Source: a virus (taxonomy: Duplodnaviria; Heunggongvirae; Uroviricota; Caudoviricetes). Taken from it: a stretch of DNA of 9,211 bases. Made by a program: the position numbers and the translations under genes. Below, one piece after another: positions 1-7,523 of this stretch; position 1 is the first letter of the stretch; every line of letters begins with the position of its first letter. The DNA is taken from positions 1-9,211 of the IMG/VR virus record IMGVR_UViG_2609460356_000005, one strand, 5' to 3'. The notes beneath the pieces are model-generated. The model ran no database searches. It was not told the DNA's origin and saw nothing but the letters and a program-made list of their open reading frames with translations.

Positions 1-894
1 ATGGGGCTATTAGCAGACAAAACAAAATGGGTTCTTTTTTTGGCTTCCAGCAGTGAGCCGGAAGATCGGCATGTTTCTGATCTGGCCTTTGGGATTTACT
101 GCTTAGAAAATCGTGGAATTAATCCTGCTGATATTTTTATTTATATAGATGGAAACAACAGAGGAAATATACAAAAATTAATCTCAGTTGGCACTAACCA
201 TCAATATAATGTAAAAAGAAGCAGCGAATTTTTTTCGGATTGCGACGATAATACCCATGATAATATAGTTATATTTATAACGGGTCATGGAAGTATGCAT
301 GGATTGGACGCCCTCCCACCAATACCGCCCTATAGGTTACTTAATCGTATAAAAACAACGCCAGATTTAGATAGAGCGATAGTATATATGGGGCAGTGTT
401 ATGCTGGAATTTTCAATTACTTAGCAGCCGGAAGGCAGCGAAGGTCTGACGGAAAGATAGATCCTGAGGCGATTTTCATGGGGGCAACCAATCTCCATGA
501 AAGCATTAGCTCTTCTACCACAGAAAATATAAACGGCAACGATTACACTTGGGTCGCCAATCTTTTTTTGTTAAATACATTCAAGTGGATATCCAATCCT
601 TTCGATGTTGATGGCGATGGAAAAAACACGGTAATCGACTCATACAAATATGCCGGAACATCTTCAAATGTAATGAACATGAGTATAAAGATGAACTCCT
701 TTGTTCAATCAGTAATGCTTCACTCCCAATGGAGCACTGCAAAAACGGATTATGAATTGGATGATCAGAATCAAACAAAACTATTAATATACAGAGCATA
801 TGAGCAACAATATTTATCTGCTCTGAATATAAATTTTGTCCATCAAGAATGCTGGATTTTAAACTCCGTTCCGGCTCAGCAAGTCGAATATTAA
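1..894 (+). CDS. Clan CD cysteine peptidase, legumain (C13)/caspase-like, 297 aa, with C-terminal region carrying a calcium-loop-like DxDxDG motif
   Basis: ORF 1-894 (+). Ordered His-then-Cys dyad in the sequence context typical of clan CD peptidases: hydrophobic strand KWVLFLASSS, then IVIFITGHGS (His96, nt 286-288) and AIVYMGQCYAG (Cys133, nt 397-399). DVDGDGKNTVID (aa 202-213, nt 604-639) resembles a dockerin/EF-hand-type Ca-binding loop. AT-rich, unlike the adjacent phage genes. The window starts exactly on the ATG, so the true N-terminus cannot be verified. Confidence 0.5.
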   Translation: MGLLADKTKWVLFLASSSEPEDRHVSDLAFGIYCLENRGINPADIFIYIDGNNRGNIQKLISVGTNHQYNVKRSSEFFSDCDDNTHDNIVIFITGHGSMHGLDALPPIPPYRLLNRIKTTPDLDRAIVYMGQCYAGIFNYLAAGRQRRSDGKIDPEAIFMGATNLHESISSSTTENINGNDYTWVANLFLLNTFKWISNPFDVDGDGKNTVIDSYKYAGTSSNVMNMSIKMNSFVQSVMLHSQWSTAKTDYELDDQNQTKLLIYRAYEQQYLSALNINFVHQECWILNSVPAQQVEY

Positions 895-930
895 AGAATT
901 ACAGTGACAATTTGAAAAGTTCAAGCACTA

Positions 931-2592
931 TCAAAGCCCATTGAAATCAGCTAGCCGTTGTTTGTGACTGTCACTCATATCAAATGCAAAATCCTCGTGC
1001 TCAGCCTGGAAGGTGCCAAACGCCATTAACGCAGACACAGCCGGATCTATCTTGTTGGAGGATTTCTTTTTGTTGGGCTTGATGTTGGCATTGGCGTCGG
1101 ACTCCATCACCACGTTACCAATCGCCCAGGCCAGAACCGGATCACCGCGATGGCGCACTACCCTGCGGTTAACAAACACTTCAAAGGATTTCGCTACCGG
1201 ACTGAACCTGAGATAGGTTTGCGGGAATGGCTCAACATCAAGGCCCGCACCCTGTAGCTGGGTGCGCAGATGCGTAGCGTTCCACGTATCAAAGCCCACC
1301 AGCCGAATATTGAAGGTTTCAGCATCGCGCAGGATATCGTCACGAATGCGGTCATAGTCGATACAGTCGCCGGGTGTGGTGCGTATCCAGCCCGTTTTTA
1401 CCCACTGGCGATAGATGGCGCGGTTTTTGTTGGCGACGTTAAGCAGTTGCGCTTCCGGTAGATAGTGGCGGGTCAGAAGCCGGATCTCCCTGTCAAACGG
1501 GAAAGCGTAACTCACGCTGGTGATATCGCTGGTTGAGGACAGGTCAAACCCGGCATAACACTCCATTCCGACCAGCTCTTCTTCGTTATAGTCGAGTGCA
1601 CAGGCATCCCACGCGCCAGCCCCCATCCACGGCGTGGAGCCCTGACACCAGATATTGAAACGTTTGGTGAGCATTTCCACCCATTGCGACGGTACCCCCC
1701 GCGCTTTCTGGATGGTGGATTCCAGCTTCGCTGCGTCAACAGACACATGCAGGTTAGGGTTGGCCTTAATCCACATTTCCGGCTGCTCAACCTCAATTTC
1801 GTCGTCCAGCTCGTATATCAGGACAAACAGAGAATCGTTGCTCTCTTCCCCTGCCAGAATCTGGCAGCAGTAGTCATAATGCTGCTTACAGGCCGAGACT
1901 ACGTTACTCCCGGCGGTAGTGATGGCGAACAAAATTGCCTCAGGACGGGCGCCCATACCCAGCTCAAGCGCGGAATAAACGCCGTTATCCGGGTGAAGGT
2001 GGTACTCATCGACAATCGCCAGGCTGGGGTTAGTCCCTTCAATGGTGGCCGCTTTTGCCGCCAGCGGCTTTAACAGGCTGTTGCTCTTCGGGAAAATGAC
2101 CTTGTGTGCCTGAATACTGACGCGCTTTTTCAGCGGTTTTGACAGCAGGCACATCTGGCGGGCATCGTCGAACACGATTCGGGCCTGATCCCGGCTTACC
2201 GCCGCCGTGTAGATATCCTGCTGGCCCTTCTCCATCACCAGAAACCAGTTAGCCAGCATGGCGGCCACGGTGGATTTGGCATTCTTGCGCGGCACCTCAA
2301 TAAAGGCGCTGCTATACTTCCGGCGGCCTGACTCCCTGACTTTAAAGCCCAGCAGGTTAGCAAAGGCGAACTGCTGCCACGGCTCCAGCTCGATAGACTG
2401 CCCGCGCAACGGGCCTTTGACGTGAGGACAGAGCCGCGAGAACGCAATAAACCGCTCTACGGTCGCCGTATCGAACACATAACGGGGGTCATTCAGGTCT
2501 GAAAAGTACCTTTCCACGGCCTGTTTTACGCGCTTACAGGCCGGAATTTCGCCCGTTTTTATCGCGTTTGCGTACTCATTCCAGACGGTCAA
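931..2592 (-). CDS. terL: Phage terminase large subunit (TerL)
   Basis: 553-aa ORF. Deviant Walker A-like EVPRKNAKST and Walker B-like LAIVDEYH in the N-terminal ATPase half, with a C-terminal nuclease-type half. Lies directly downstream of a small terminase ORF that it overlaps by 17 nt (2576-2592). Overall resemblance to HK97-type large terminases is from memory. Confidence 0.9.
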   Translation of the reverse strand: MTVWNEYANAIKTGEIPACKRVKQAVERYFSDLNDPRYVFDTATVERFIAFSRLCPHVKGPLRGQSIELEPWQQFAFANLLGFKVRESGRRKYSSAFIEVPRKNAKSTVAAMLANWFLVMEKGQQDIYTAAVSRDQARIVFDDARQMCLLSKPLKKRVSIQAHKVIFPKSNSLLKPLAAKAATIEGTNPSLAIVDEYHLHPDNGVYSALELGMGARPEAILFAITTAGSNVVSACKQHYDYCCQILAGEESNDSLFVLIYELDDEIEVEQPEMWIKANPNLHVSVDAAKLESTIQKARGVPSQWVEMLTKRFNIWCQGSTPWMGAGAWDACALDYNEEELVGMECYAGFDLSSTSDITSVSYAFPFDREIRLLTRHYLPEAQLLNVANKNRAIYRQWVKTGWIRTTPGDCIDYDRIRDDILRDAETFNIRLVGFDTWNATHLRTQLQGAGLDVEPFPQTYLRFSPVAKSFEVFVNRRVVRHRGDPVLAWAIGNVVMESDANANIKPNKKKSSNKIDPAVSALMAFGTFQAEHEDFAFDMSDSHKQRLADFNGL

Positions 2593-2932
2593 GCTCGTCT
2601 TCCTCCTCCGTTTCCACCGGGTTCCGGCGGCGGCTTACCGGATCAAAGCCCAGCAGCGACGACATTTTAATCATGATTTTTTCAGCATCGGCCTTTGCGC
2701 TCAGCGCCGGATTTCGGCTCTCACCGCCCTGGCTGTTAACAATGCTGAACCCACGGCTGGCAAGGTCTTCCACGGCTTTGCGGTACATCGAATAGTTGAC
2801 GCAAAAAAGCTCAAGGTTGTTCCAGTCGGCGGGAGTCAAATCCCCGCGCTCCGCCAGTTGCTTCGCCTTCGCTTTCCACTGCTGCGCAGCTAACTCATCA
2901 AGGTAAGCTGGCGGTTTGGGTGGTCTTGCCAT
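2576..2932 (-). CDS. terS: Phage terminase small subunit (P27-family-like TerS), 118 aa
   Basis: Start placed at the internal ATG (2930-2932) giving MARPPKPPAYLDELAAQQWKAKAKQLAERGDLT..., a typical N-terminus for P27-type small terminases. Positioned between HNH and terL and overlapping terL. The longer ORF-track version (to 3100) adds a Gly-rich N-terminal extension that looks non-coding. Confidence 0.75.
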   Translation of the reverse strand: MARPPKPPAYLDELAAQQWKAKAKQLAERGDLTPADWNNLELFCVNYSMYRKAVEDLASRGFSIVNSQGGESRNPALSAKADAEKIMIKMSSLLGFDPVSRRRNPVETEEEDELDRLE

Positions 2933-3062
2933 AAAAATTTCTCGTTTCCGTCGCGTTTTATTTTCAAAAAAATCACCGTGCGTAAAAATTTGAGGGGGCG
3001 GGTGGTTCCTCGCTGAGAGGGGTTTGTCCTGAAAACCTCCCCCACCCCGTCCATTCGGCCTG

Positions 3063-3215
3063 TCAGCGGTTGCGAAAGCATTCCATAAGCTCCCGGTCAC
3101 GCTGGCTCATGCGCTTTGCTACGGGCTTCTTATGCGCTCTCTGTCTGGCTGGTTGCCATGACTCACGCTGCTTTATCAGCCCACTAATCAGCCGCTGCTG
3201 TTCCTGCTCAGTCAT
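3063..3215 (-). CDS. Small hypothetical protein (50 aa) between HNH and terS
   Basis: Not in the ORF track (below size cut-off). Hand translation from ATG at 3213-3215 gives MTEQEQQRLISGLIKQRESWQPARQRAHKKPVAKRMSQRDRELMECFRNR with stop at 3063-3065. A GAGG Shine-Dalgarno sits 6 nt upstream of the ATG, and the start overlaps the HNH stop in an ATGACTGA arrangement. Basic, helical-looking peptide of unknown function. Confidence 0.35.
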   Translation of the reverse strand: MTEQEQQRLISGLIKQRESWQPARQRAHKKPVAKRMSQRDRELMECFRNR

Positions 3216-3651
3216 TGTTTGCCTCATAGATCCAGTCGGTGCGATGACGTGCTGCTTCTTCCTGCTCGCGGAACTTACCGGCTTTACGCTGCTGCTTCGT
3301 CACCGGGTCTGTTGTGGTTGTCTTCCGTCCATGACAGGCAGCGCATAACGACTGGTGATTACTGGCGGGCCAGAACAGCACATCAGCTTCACCCTCGATA
3401 GGGATGATGTGATCGACGATAGTTGCCGATGCATAGACGCCAGCCTTGAGACAATGGACACACAGCGGATTAGCTTTTAGAAAATGACGACGGTATTCGC
3501 CCCAGCGGTTGGAGTAACCACGCTCTGTTCGCGTACCTCTTCGGCTGTCGCTTTGTCGGCGGGCATCCCGCTTATGCTCGTCACACTTGCCAGACTTCAC
3601 CCGTTTATTACATCCCGGCTCATTGCACCGGCGTAGTGGTTGCCACGGCAT
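3208..3651 (-). CDS. Phage HNH endonuclease (packaging-associated)
   Basis: 147-aa ORF with paired Cys motifs (CNEPGC...C, CVHC, CAAC) and an HNH core DHIIP...NHQSLCAACHGRKT. Located immediately upstream of terS/terL, the arrangement seen in HNH-dependent cos-packaging phages. Confidence 0.85.
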   Translation of the reverse strand: MPWQPLRRCNEPGCNKRVKSGKCDEHKRDARRQSDSRRGTRTERGYSNRWGEYRRHFLKANPLCVHCLKAGVYASATIVDHIIPIEGEADVLFWPASNHQSLCAACHGRKTTTTDPVTKQQRKAGKFREQEEAARHRTDWIYEANND

Positions 3652-3944
3652 CAGTACACCCCCACATCACGATAGACAGACCACAACGCAGAGACAGCCA
3701 TCGGTATCTCTTTGGCGTCGGTATCACCAATCATCGTGCGGTACTCGTACAGCTGAGATACGTACATCAGACAGCCAATCTTGATAGCTGGCGTAAACTC
3801 CAGCCCGTTATCAAACCGCTTGCCGATATGCTTCTGGCAAACCTCCAGCGCCGCATCGATGTACGCCTGTATCAACGTATCTTCGTAATCATCATCAATA
3901 CGGCAATGCAGCTTTGCTTCATCCAGGGTGATTTCTGCTGTCAT
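3651..3944 (-). CDS. gp6-like head-tail connector (adaptor) protein
   Basis: 97-aa ORF. The N-terminus MTAEITLDEAKLHCRIDDDYEDTLIQAYIDAALEVCQ matches the characteristic start of gp6/SPP1 gp15-type head-tail connector proteins (from memory). Its start overlaps the head-closure stop by 4 nt, and its stop overlaps the HNH start. Confidence 0.75.
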   Translation of the reverse strand: MTAEITLDEAKLHCRIDDDYEDTLIQAYIDAALEVCQKHIGKRFDNGLEFTPAIKIGCLMYVSQLYEYRTMIGDTDAKEIPMAVSALWSVYRDVGVY

Positions 3945-4279
3945 TTTTCCGTTCCTGTCTTGCAGAGAATTTCCAGCCGAGTACCTTCCGAATCAGGAAT
4001 AGGAGGCCCGATAATATTGAGAGTGCTGCCAGCAAACGGGCCAGTAAGCACTTTCAGACGGTTGGCTGCGGTAATATCACGGCGGAAACGCACCCAAACG
4101 CGGATCGTCGCTTCGGCAACCTCGGCACCTGACGCCATTAACTCTCGGCCACTGATCCCCTTAACCTCAGCCCATATGGTTTCCCCGTCTTCCCAGACCT
4201 GAACAACCTGACCGGACGGCTCCCTGTGGGTAGTGAATACCCGAATAGTGTCGCGGCTTCTCAGCCCCCCGGCTCTCAT
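3941..4279 (-). CDS. Phage head closure / head-tail joining protein
   Basis: 112-aa ORF. The pattern ...IRVFTTHREPSGQVVQVWEDGETIWAEVKGISGRELMASGAEVAEATIRVWVRFRRDI... resembles head-closure (SPP1 gp16-like) proteins. Translationally coupled to portal (4-nt overlap at 4276-4279). Confidence 0.7.
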   Translation of the reverse strand: MRAGGLRSRDTIRVFTTHREPSGQVVQVWEDGETIWAEVKGISGRELMASGAEVAEATIRVWVRFRRDITAANRLKVLTGPFAGSTLNIIGPPIPDSEGTRLEILCKTGTEK

Positions 4280-5511
4280 GCGTCACCTTCCTTGCCGTCT
4301 TTGCTGATCTTCACTTCCTGCTTCCATGCCTGGCTGAATTCGTCACCACCTTTACGCGGCGGCATCCCCTCGCGCTCACGGGCTTCGTTCGGGTTCATGA
4401 TCCCGTTCTTAATGCCTCGCTCATAAGTGGCGTAACGCTCGGTAGGTGTGGCACGGAGAAGGTCAGCAGAGTCAAACTCCACCTGATAGCGGGTTCCTGG
4501 AACCGGAGAGGCCACCAGCAAAGCAGATTTGATTTGTTGCTCGAAGTTCGCCAGCCACGGGCGCATGGTCATGGTGAGAAAGGCGCGGCTCGCTTCGCTG
4601 AAATTGCTGTAGGTGCTGTTGCTGTATTCCTGCAGGAAGATGGGCGACACATTGAACATGCGGGCAATGTCTTCAATGGAGAACCGGCGCGACGCCAGCC
4701 ATTCGGCATCCTGATTGCTCATGCCAAGCTGCTTGTAGTCCATGCCACCTTCAAGGATCGGCGTTTTCCCGGCATTTCTGGCACCTTTGTAGCGCTCCAG
4801 TGCGTCCAGAGCCTGCTTACCCTTCACGCTGTCGAGCCATTCAGCAGTAGTGACGACGCCCGCCGCCATCATGCCATCTTTCATAATGCTGGCACCGTGG
4901 CGCTGTTGGGCCAGACCTAACCCCAGCGCCTCACGGCACGTAGTAATAGGCGAACGCCCCAGAAAGCCATCATCGGTGGAGTAACGCAGGTGCAGAATCT
5001 CTTCCTGTAGATAGGTGCGCACAGCCCCGGTAAACGGCTCTGTAACGGTGTATTTGTACTTATGCTGGCCGATACGCTCAGGAACAACCGCCCCCGGCGC
5101 ATACGGGTGCAGGGATTGCGGCTGGCCGTCGCGGCCCCACTGGATCACCGCATAGGCGTTACCGTTCAGCAGACAATGGCGCATCATCGTGCGTTTAAAC
5201 TGATAAGGCGTCTGGCAGTCGTTCGGCTGCTCGTTCAGGAGAAAATCCACCGGGTGATTGCTCAGCCATTCTCGCGCCTCACGCCCGTTATCGTTGCGCA
5301 CGCGGTAGAGGTAGCAGGGCATTGTTGCCACCGCCTCACTGATAACTGACACGGCGTTCATGACCGCCGGCAGAGATTCCGCAGTACCCGCAGACACATA
5401 TTCGCCTGATCCGGTATTTGGAATCCCTGCCATCGCCAGAAACTCATCAATGGTCATGCTGCGCTGCTCAGAGGGTTCAGACTTACGGCCAAACGGCCAG
5501 ATATTCCACAT
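4276..5511 (-). CDS. Phage portal protein (HK97-family-like)
   Basis: 411-aa ORF of the size and composition of HK97-type portals, ending in a charged C-terminal tail (NPNEAREREGMPPRKGGDEF...). Sits between prohead protease and head-closure genes. An alternative start at Met19 (MTIDEFLAMAG) is possible. Confidence 0.85.
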   Translation of the reverse strand: MWNIWPFGRKSEPSEQRSMTIDEFLAMAGIPNTGSGEYVSAGTAESLPAVMNAVSVISEAVATMPCYLYRVRNDNGREAREWLSNHPVDFLLNEQPNDCQTPYQFKRTMMRHCLLNGNAYAVIQWGRDGQPQSLHPYAPGAVVPERIGQHKYKYTVTEPFTGAVRTYLQEEILHLRYSTDDGFLGRSPITTCREALGLGLAQQRHGASIMKDGMMAAGVVTTAEWLDSVKGKQALDALERYKGARNAGKTPILEGGMDYKQLGMSNQDAEWLASRRFSIEDIARMFNVSPIFLQEYSNSTYSNFSEASRAFLTMTMRPWLANFEQQIKSALLVASPVPGTRYQVEFDSADLLRATPTERYATYERGIKNGIMNPNEAREREGMPPRKGGDEFSQAWKQEVKISKDGKEGDA

Positions 5512-5512
5512 A

Positions 5513-6073
5513 TCAGAGCCCCGCTAATTCAGCCCAGCGGCGGCGGTTATCACCAGCCCGGCGCAGTTCAGGATATTGGGAGAAAAGCGAACGGTGCGCG
5601 ATTTCCACGCCAGACTCAGGATAAGCAGGCATAGAGGTAACGGTAATCTCCCGCAGTTCGGCAGCGGTAACAGTGCGCAGGTATGGAGACTGAGCAATAT
5701 CCCACGCCTCTTTCAGCGCCCGGAAACCAAAGCTCATGCCGGAGATATCCCCGCGCTCCACCAGCTCCAGCACATCGTTGCCAAGCTGGGTATTCGGCGG
5801 GGTCAGCTCGAAGCGCAGCCCGGTATCATCTTCTGACAGCACCAGCGTGCCGGATTTAGTGCGGCCCAGCAGCTGGGTATAGTTATGCTCGTACAGCGCA
5901 CGCACATCGCTACCGGATGCCAGGCTGTCTTTAAACGCTCCCGGCGCAAACTGCTCGCGGAACTCGTCCCAGATAATTTCAGAGAGACTGTTCCAGCGCA
6001 CGGCATAGCCCACCAGCTTTTTGTTGCTGGCGCTCACTTCGGAGGTACGGATTTCAAAATCGATTGTTTTCAT
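5513..6073 (-). CDS. Prohead (head maturation) protease, HK97 family
   Basis: 186-aa ORF immediately 5' of portal (stop 5513-5515, portal ATG 5509-5511). Contains an ISGMSFGF-type motif typical of HK97-family prohead proteases (from memory). GGAG Shine-Dalgarno 7 nt upstream of the ATG. Confidence 0.85.
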   Translation of the reverse strand: MKTIDFEIRTSEVSASNKKLVGYAVRWNSLSEIIWDEFREQFAPGAFKDSLASGSDVRALYEHNYTQLLGRTKSGTLVLSEDDTGLRFELTPPNTQLGNDVLELVERGDISGMSFGFRALKEAWDIAQSPYLRTVTAAELREITVTSMPAYPESGVEIAHRSLFSQYPELRRAGDNRRRWAELAGL

Positions 6074-6093
6074 TACTGGACTCCACAGAGGGC

Positions 6094-6116
6094 AAAAAGG
6101 GGCCGCAGCCCCTTAA
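6094..6116 (-). terminator. Putative intrinsic terminator/attenuator between capsid and protease genes
   Basis: Minus-strand reading AAGGGGC-TGCG-GCCCCTT followed by TTTGCCC: a GC-rich 5-7 bp stem with a 4-nt loop and a short T-run. Lies in the 51-nt gap between capsid stop (6125) and protease start (6073). Confidence 0.4.
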
Positions 6117-6124
6117 ACGTCAAA

Positions 6125-7291
6125 TCAGGAACCGGAGCCTGAAAGCTCAAGCACCTTGATGGCGTTGGAGTCCACCACACCACCGCCCAGGTATTTATCG
6201 GTATGCACCTTGTAGAAACCCGGCTCGGTGATGTTGTCAGGGCGGGTACGCACGCCAGTGGTGTGATCCACGATGAAATAGCCGCGCTTGAAGTCGCCTA
6301 CCGCGAGGAATGCTTTACCTGCCTCCGCATCCGGCATGGTTTCCAGATACTGAACAGGACGGCCCAGCAGCGTATCGGGAGAACCGGCAACCAGACGATC
6401 GCGCCAGATGTAATCCCCGTTGCCGTTTTTCAGCTTTTGCAGTTTGGCTGCGGTGTTGGAGTTCATCACCCATACGGCGTTTTTGCGGTATTTGGCTTTC
6501 AGCTTATACAGCAGGTCGATCAGGCCATCAGAGGAAACGTCAGCCGCTTCCATCTTCTCCAGCGTACCGAACGGACGGGTTTTGTCGGCAGTGGCCGCGC
6601 GAGGGTAAGACAGGAAGCCTTTGGATTTTTTATCACCGTCGCCGTTCACAAAGTCGCTTTCTTCGGTCGCGGTGAAGGTGTCGGCAATTTCAGAAGACAG
6701 CCAGCCCAAAATATCCACCTCGGAGAAGTCGAGAATCTCCTGAGTGGTTTTCGGGTAGGCGTAGATCGGGTTGAGTTTGATATCAACGCGCTCCATCTTC
6801 GGCGTACTGGTTTCGGTACGTGCCTCACCTTCGGTACCACGATTAACGGTAGTGCCGCCCACAGATACCAGCTTCTGGTATTCGTTGGTTTTGGTGGTCT
6901 TCACCGTTGCGATGGAGCGCATCACGCTATCATCCTGCAACTGGCGCATAATCTCTTTGTCCAGCTCAGGGATAACGGTATAGCCGCCATCAGCCTGCAC
7001 CAGCGTGGAGAGAGAACGGGTATCACCTGTCATGATGTAGTGGCGCAGCTCGTCGTTGCTTACTGGCTCACCTTCAACGGAAGTACCAGGCAGATTGCGC
7101 TGATCGTCGGCGACGGCTTCTAGACGGGTGATTTCAACTTCAAGCGCATCAGCCTGGGCGCGGAGTTCATCGAACTTTTTGCCCTCTTCTTCGTTCAGGC
7201 TGCGCTTTTCGGTGTCGGCTTTGTCCAGCATGGAACGCATCTGTGTTTTGAGTGCGGCTTTCTGCTGGCGTAATTCGAGTAGTTTCTTCAT
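6125..7291 (-). CDS. Major capsid protein, HK97 fold, with N-terminal delta/scaffold domain
   Basis: 388-aa ORF. The N-terminal ~100 aa is a charged coiled-coil-like region (MKKLLELRQQKAALKTQMRSMLDKADTEKRSLNEEEGKKFDELRAQADALEVEITRLEA) typical of the HK97 delta domain. The remainder has the size and character of HK97-type capsid proteins. Confidence 0.9.
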   Translation of the reverse strand: MKKLLELRQQKAALKTQMRSMLDKADTEKRSLNEEEGKKFDELRAQADALEVEITRLEAVADDQRNLPGTSVEGEPVSNDELRHYIMTGDTRSLSTLVQADGGYTVIPELDKEIMRQLQDDSVMRSIATVKTTKTNEYQKLVSVGGTTVNRGTEGEARTETSTPKMERVDIKLNPIYAYPKTTQEILDFSEVDILGWLSSEIADTFTATEESDFVNGDGDKKSKGFLSYPRAATADKTRPFGTLEKMEAADVSSDGLIDLLYKLKAKYRKNAVWVMNSNTAAKLQKLKNGNGDYIWRDRLVAGSPDTLLGRPVQYLETMPDAEAGKAFLAVGDFKRGYFIVDHTTGVRTRPDNITEPGFYKVHTDKYLGGGVVDSNAIKVLELSGSGS

Positions 7292-7448
7292 GGAGTGGTT
7301 TCCGTAACAATTAATGTTAAGACGTGAAACCAGCGCTTAGGGGGGAGGCCGTTAAATCTTTTTCTGCCTCTCGCAGGCTGTACTCGCTACAGCTTGACTT
7401 AACGGCCAGTGGCGGCTCACGTCTGAGTGCCACTTCTCAACATATACA

Positions 7449-7485
7449 TGAAAATAATAAAGAAAAGCCCGAATTTAATCGGGCT
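7449..7485 (-). terminator. Rho-independent terminator downstream of the AT-rich two-gene operon
   Basis: Minus strand reads AGCCCGA-TTAAAT-TCGGGCT followed by TTTCTTTATTATTTTCA (7-bp stem, 6-nt loop, U-rich tail). Located 39 nt after the stop of the 281-aa ORF (7524). Confidence 0.5.
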
Positions 7486-7523
7486 AAGCACTAATAAGCG
7501 CGAGGACAAATAATTTACACTTG

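Noticed and set aside
581-799. 72-aa minus-strand ORF inside the peptidase gene
   Set aside because: Embedded antisense in the longer, motif-bearing plus-strand ORF. No start context.
895-930. Possible terminator in the 36-bp gap between the convergent peptidase and terL genes
   Set aside because: Only a weak 5-bp A/T palindrome (TTGAA...TTCAA) and a 7-bp repeat reaching into the terL coding end. No GC-rich stem or U-tract, so not callable as a terminator.
1684-2073. 129-aa plus-strand ORF (and others at 1013-1216, 1270-1461, 1655-1873, 2568-2795) inside terL/terS
   Set aside because: Antisense to terminase genes with no independent support. Likely GC-driven open frames.
2933-3100. N-terminal 56-aa extension of terS as given in the ORF track (MTGSLWNAF...GRGGGG...)
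   Set aside because: The extension is Gly/Pro-rich, lacks a Shine-Dalgarno and would run through the candidate cos region. The internal ATG at 2932 gives the canonical MARPPKPP start.
3070-3401. Plus-strand ORFs of 92 aa (3070-3348) and 60 aa (3219-3401) antisense to the HNH gene and small ORF
   Set aside because: Cys/Leu-rich spurious frames antisense to the HNH gene, which has a clear catalytic motif.
3636-4202. 188-aa plus-strand ORF overlapping the connector and head-closure genes
   Set aside because: Antisense to two translationally coupled phage genes. Low-complexity, Arg/Ser-rich translation typical of a spurious frame.
4534-5349. Plus-strand ORFs (128 aa and 95 aa) and a minus-strand 61-aa ORF inside portal
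   Set aside because: Overlap the portal gene in other frames or on the other strand. No Shine-Dalgarno or motif support.
5418-6142. Plus-strand ORFs (68, 86, 85 aa) and a 67-aa minus-strand alternative frame across the protease gene
   Set aside because: Overlap the well-supported prohead protease. Pro/Arg-rich, low-complexity translations.
6203-7123. 306-aa plus-strand ORF (and nested 121-, 62-, 70-aa ORFs) antisense to the capsid gene
   Set aside because: Entirely inside the strongly supported capsid gene on the opposite strand. Long antisense ORFs are expected in GC-rich DNA. No start context or recognisable motifs.
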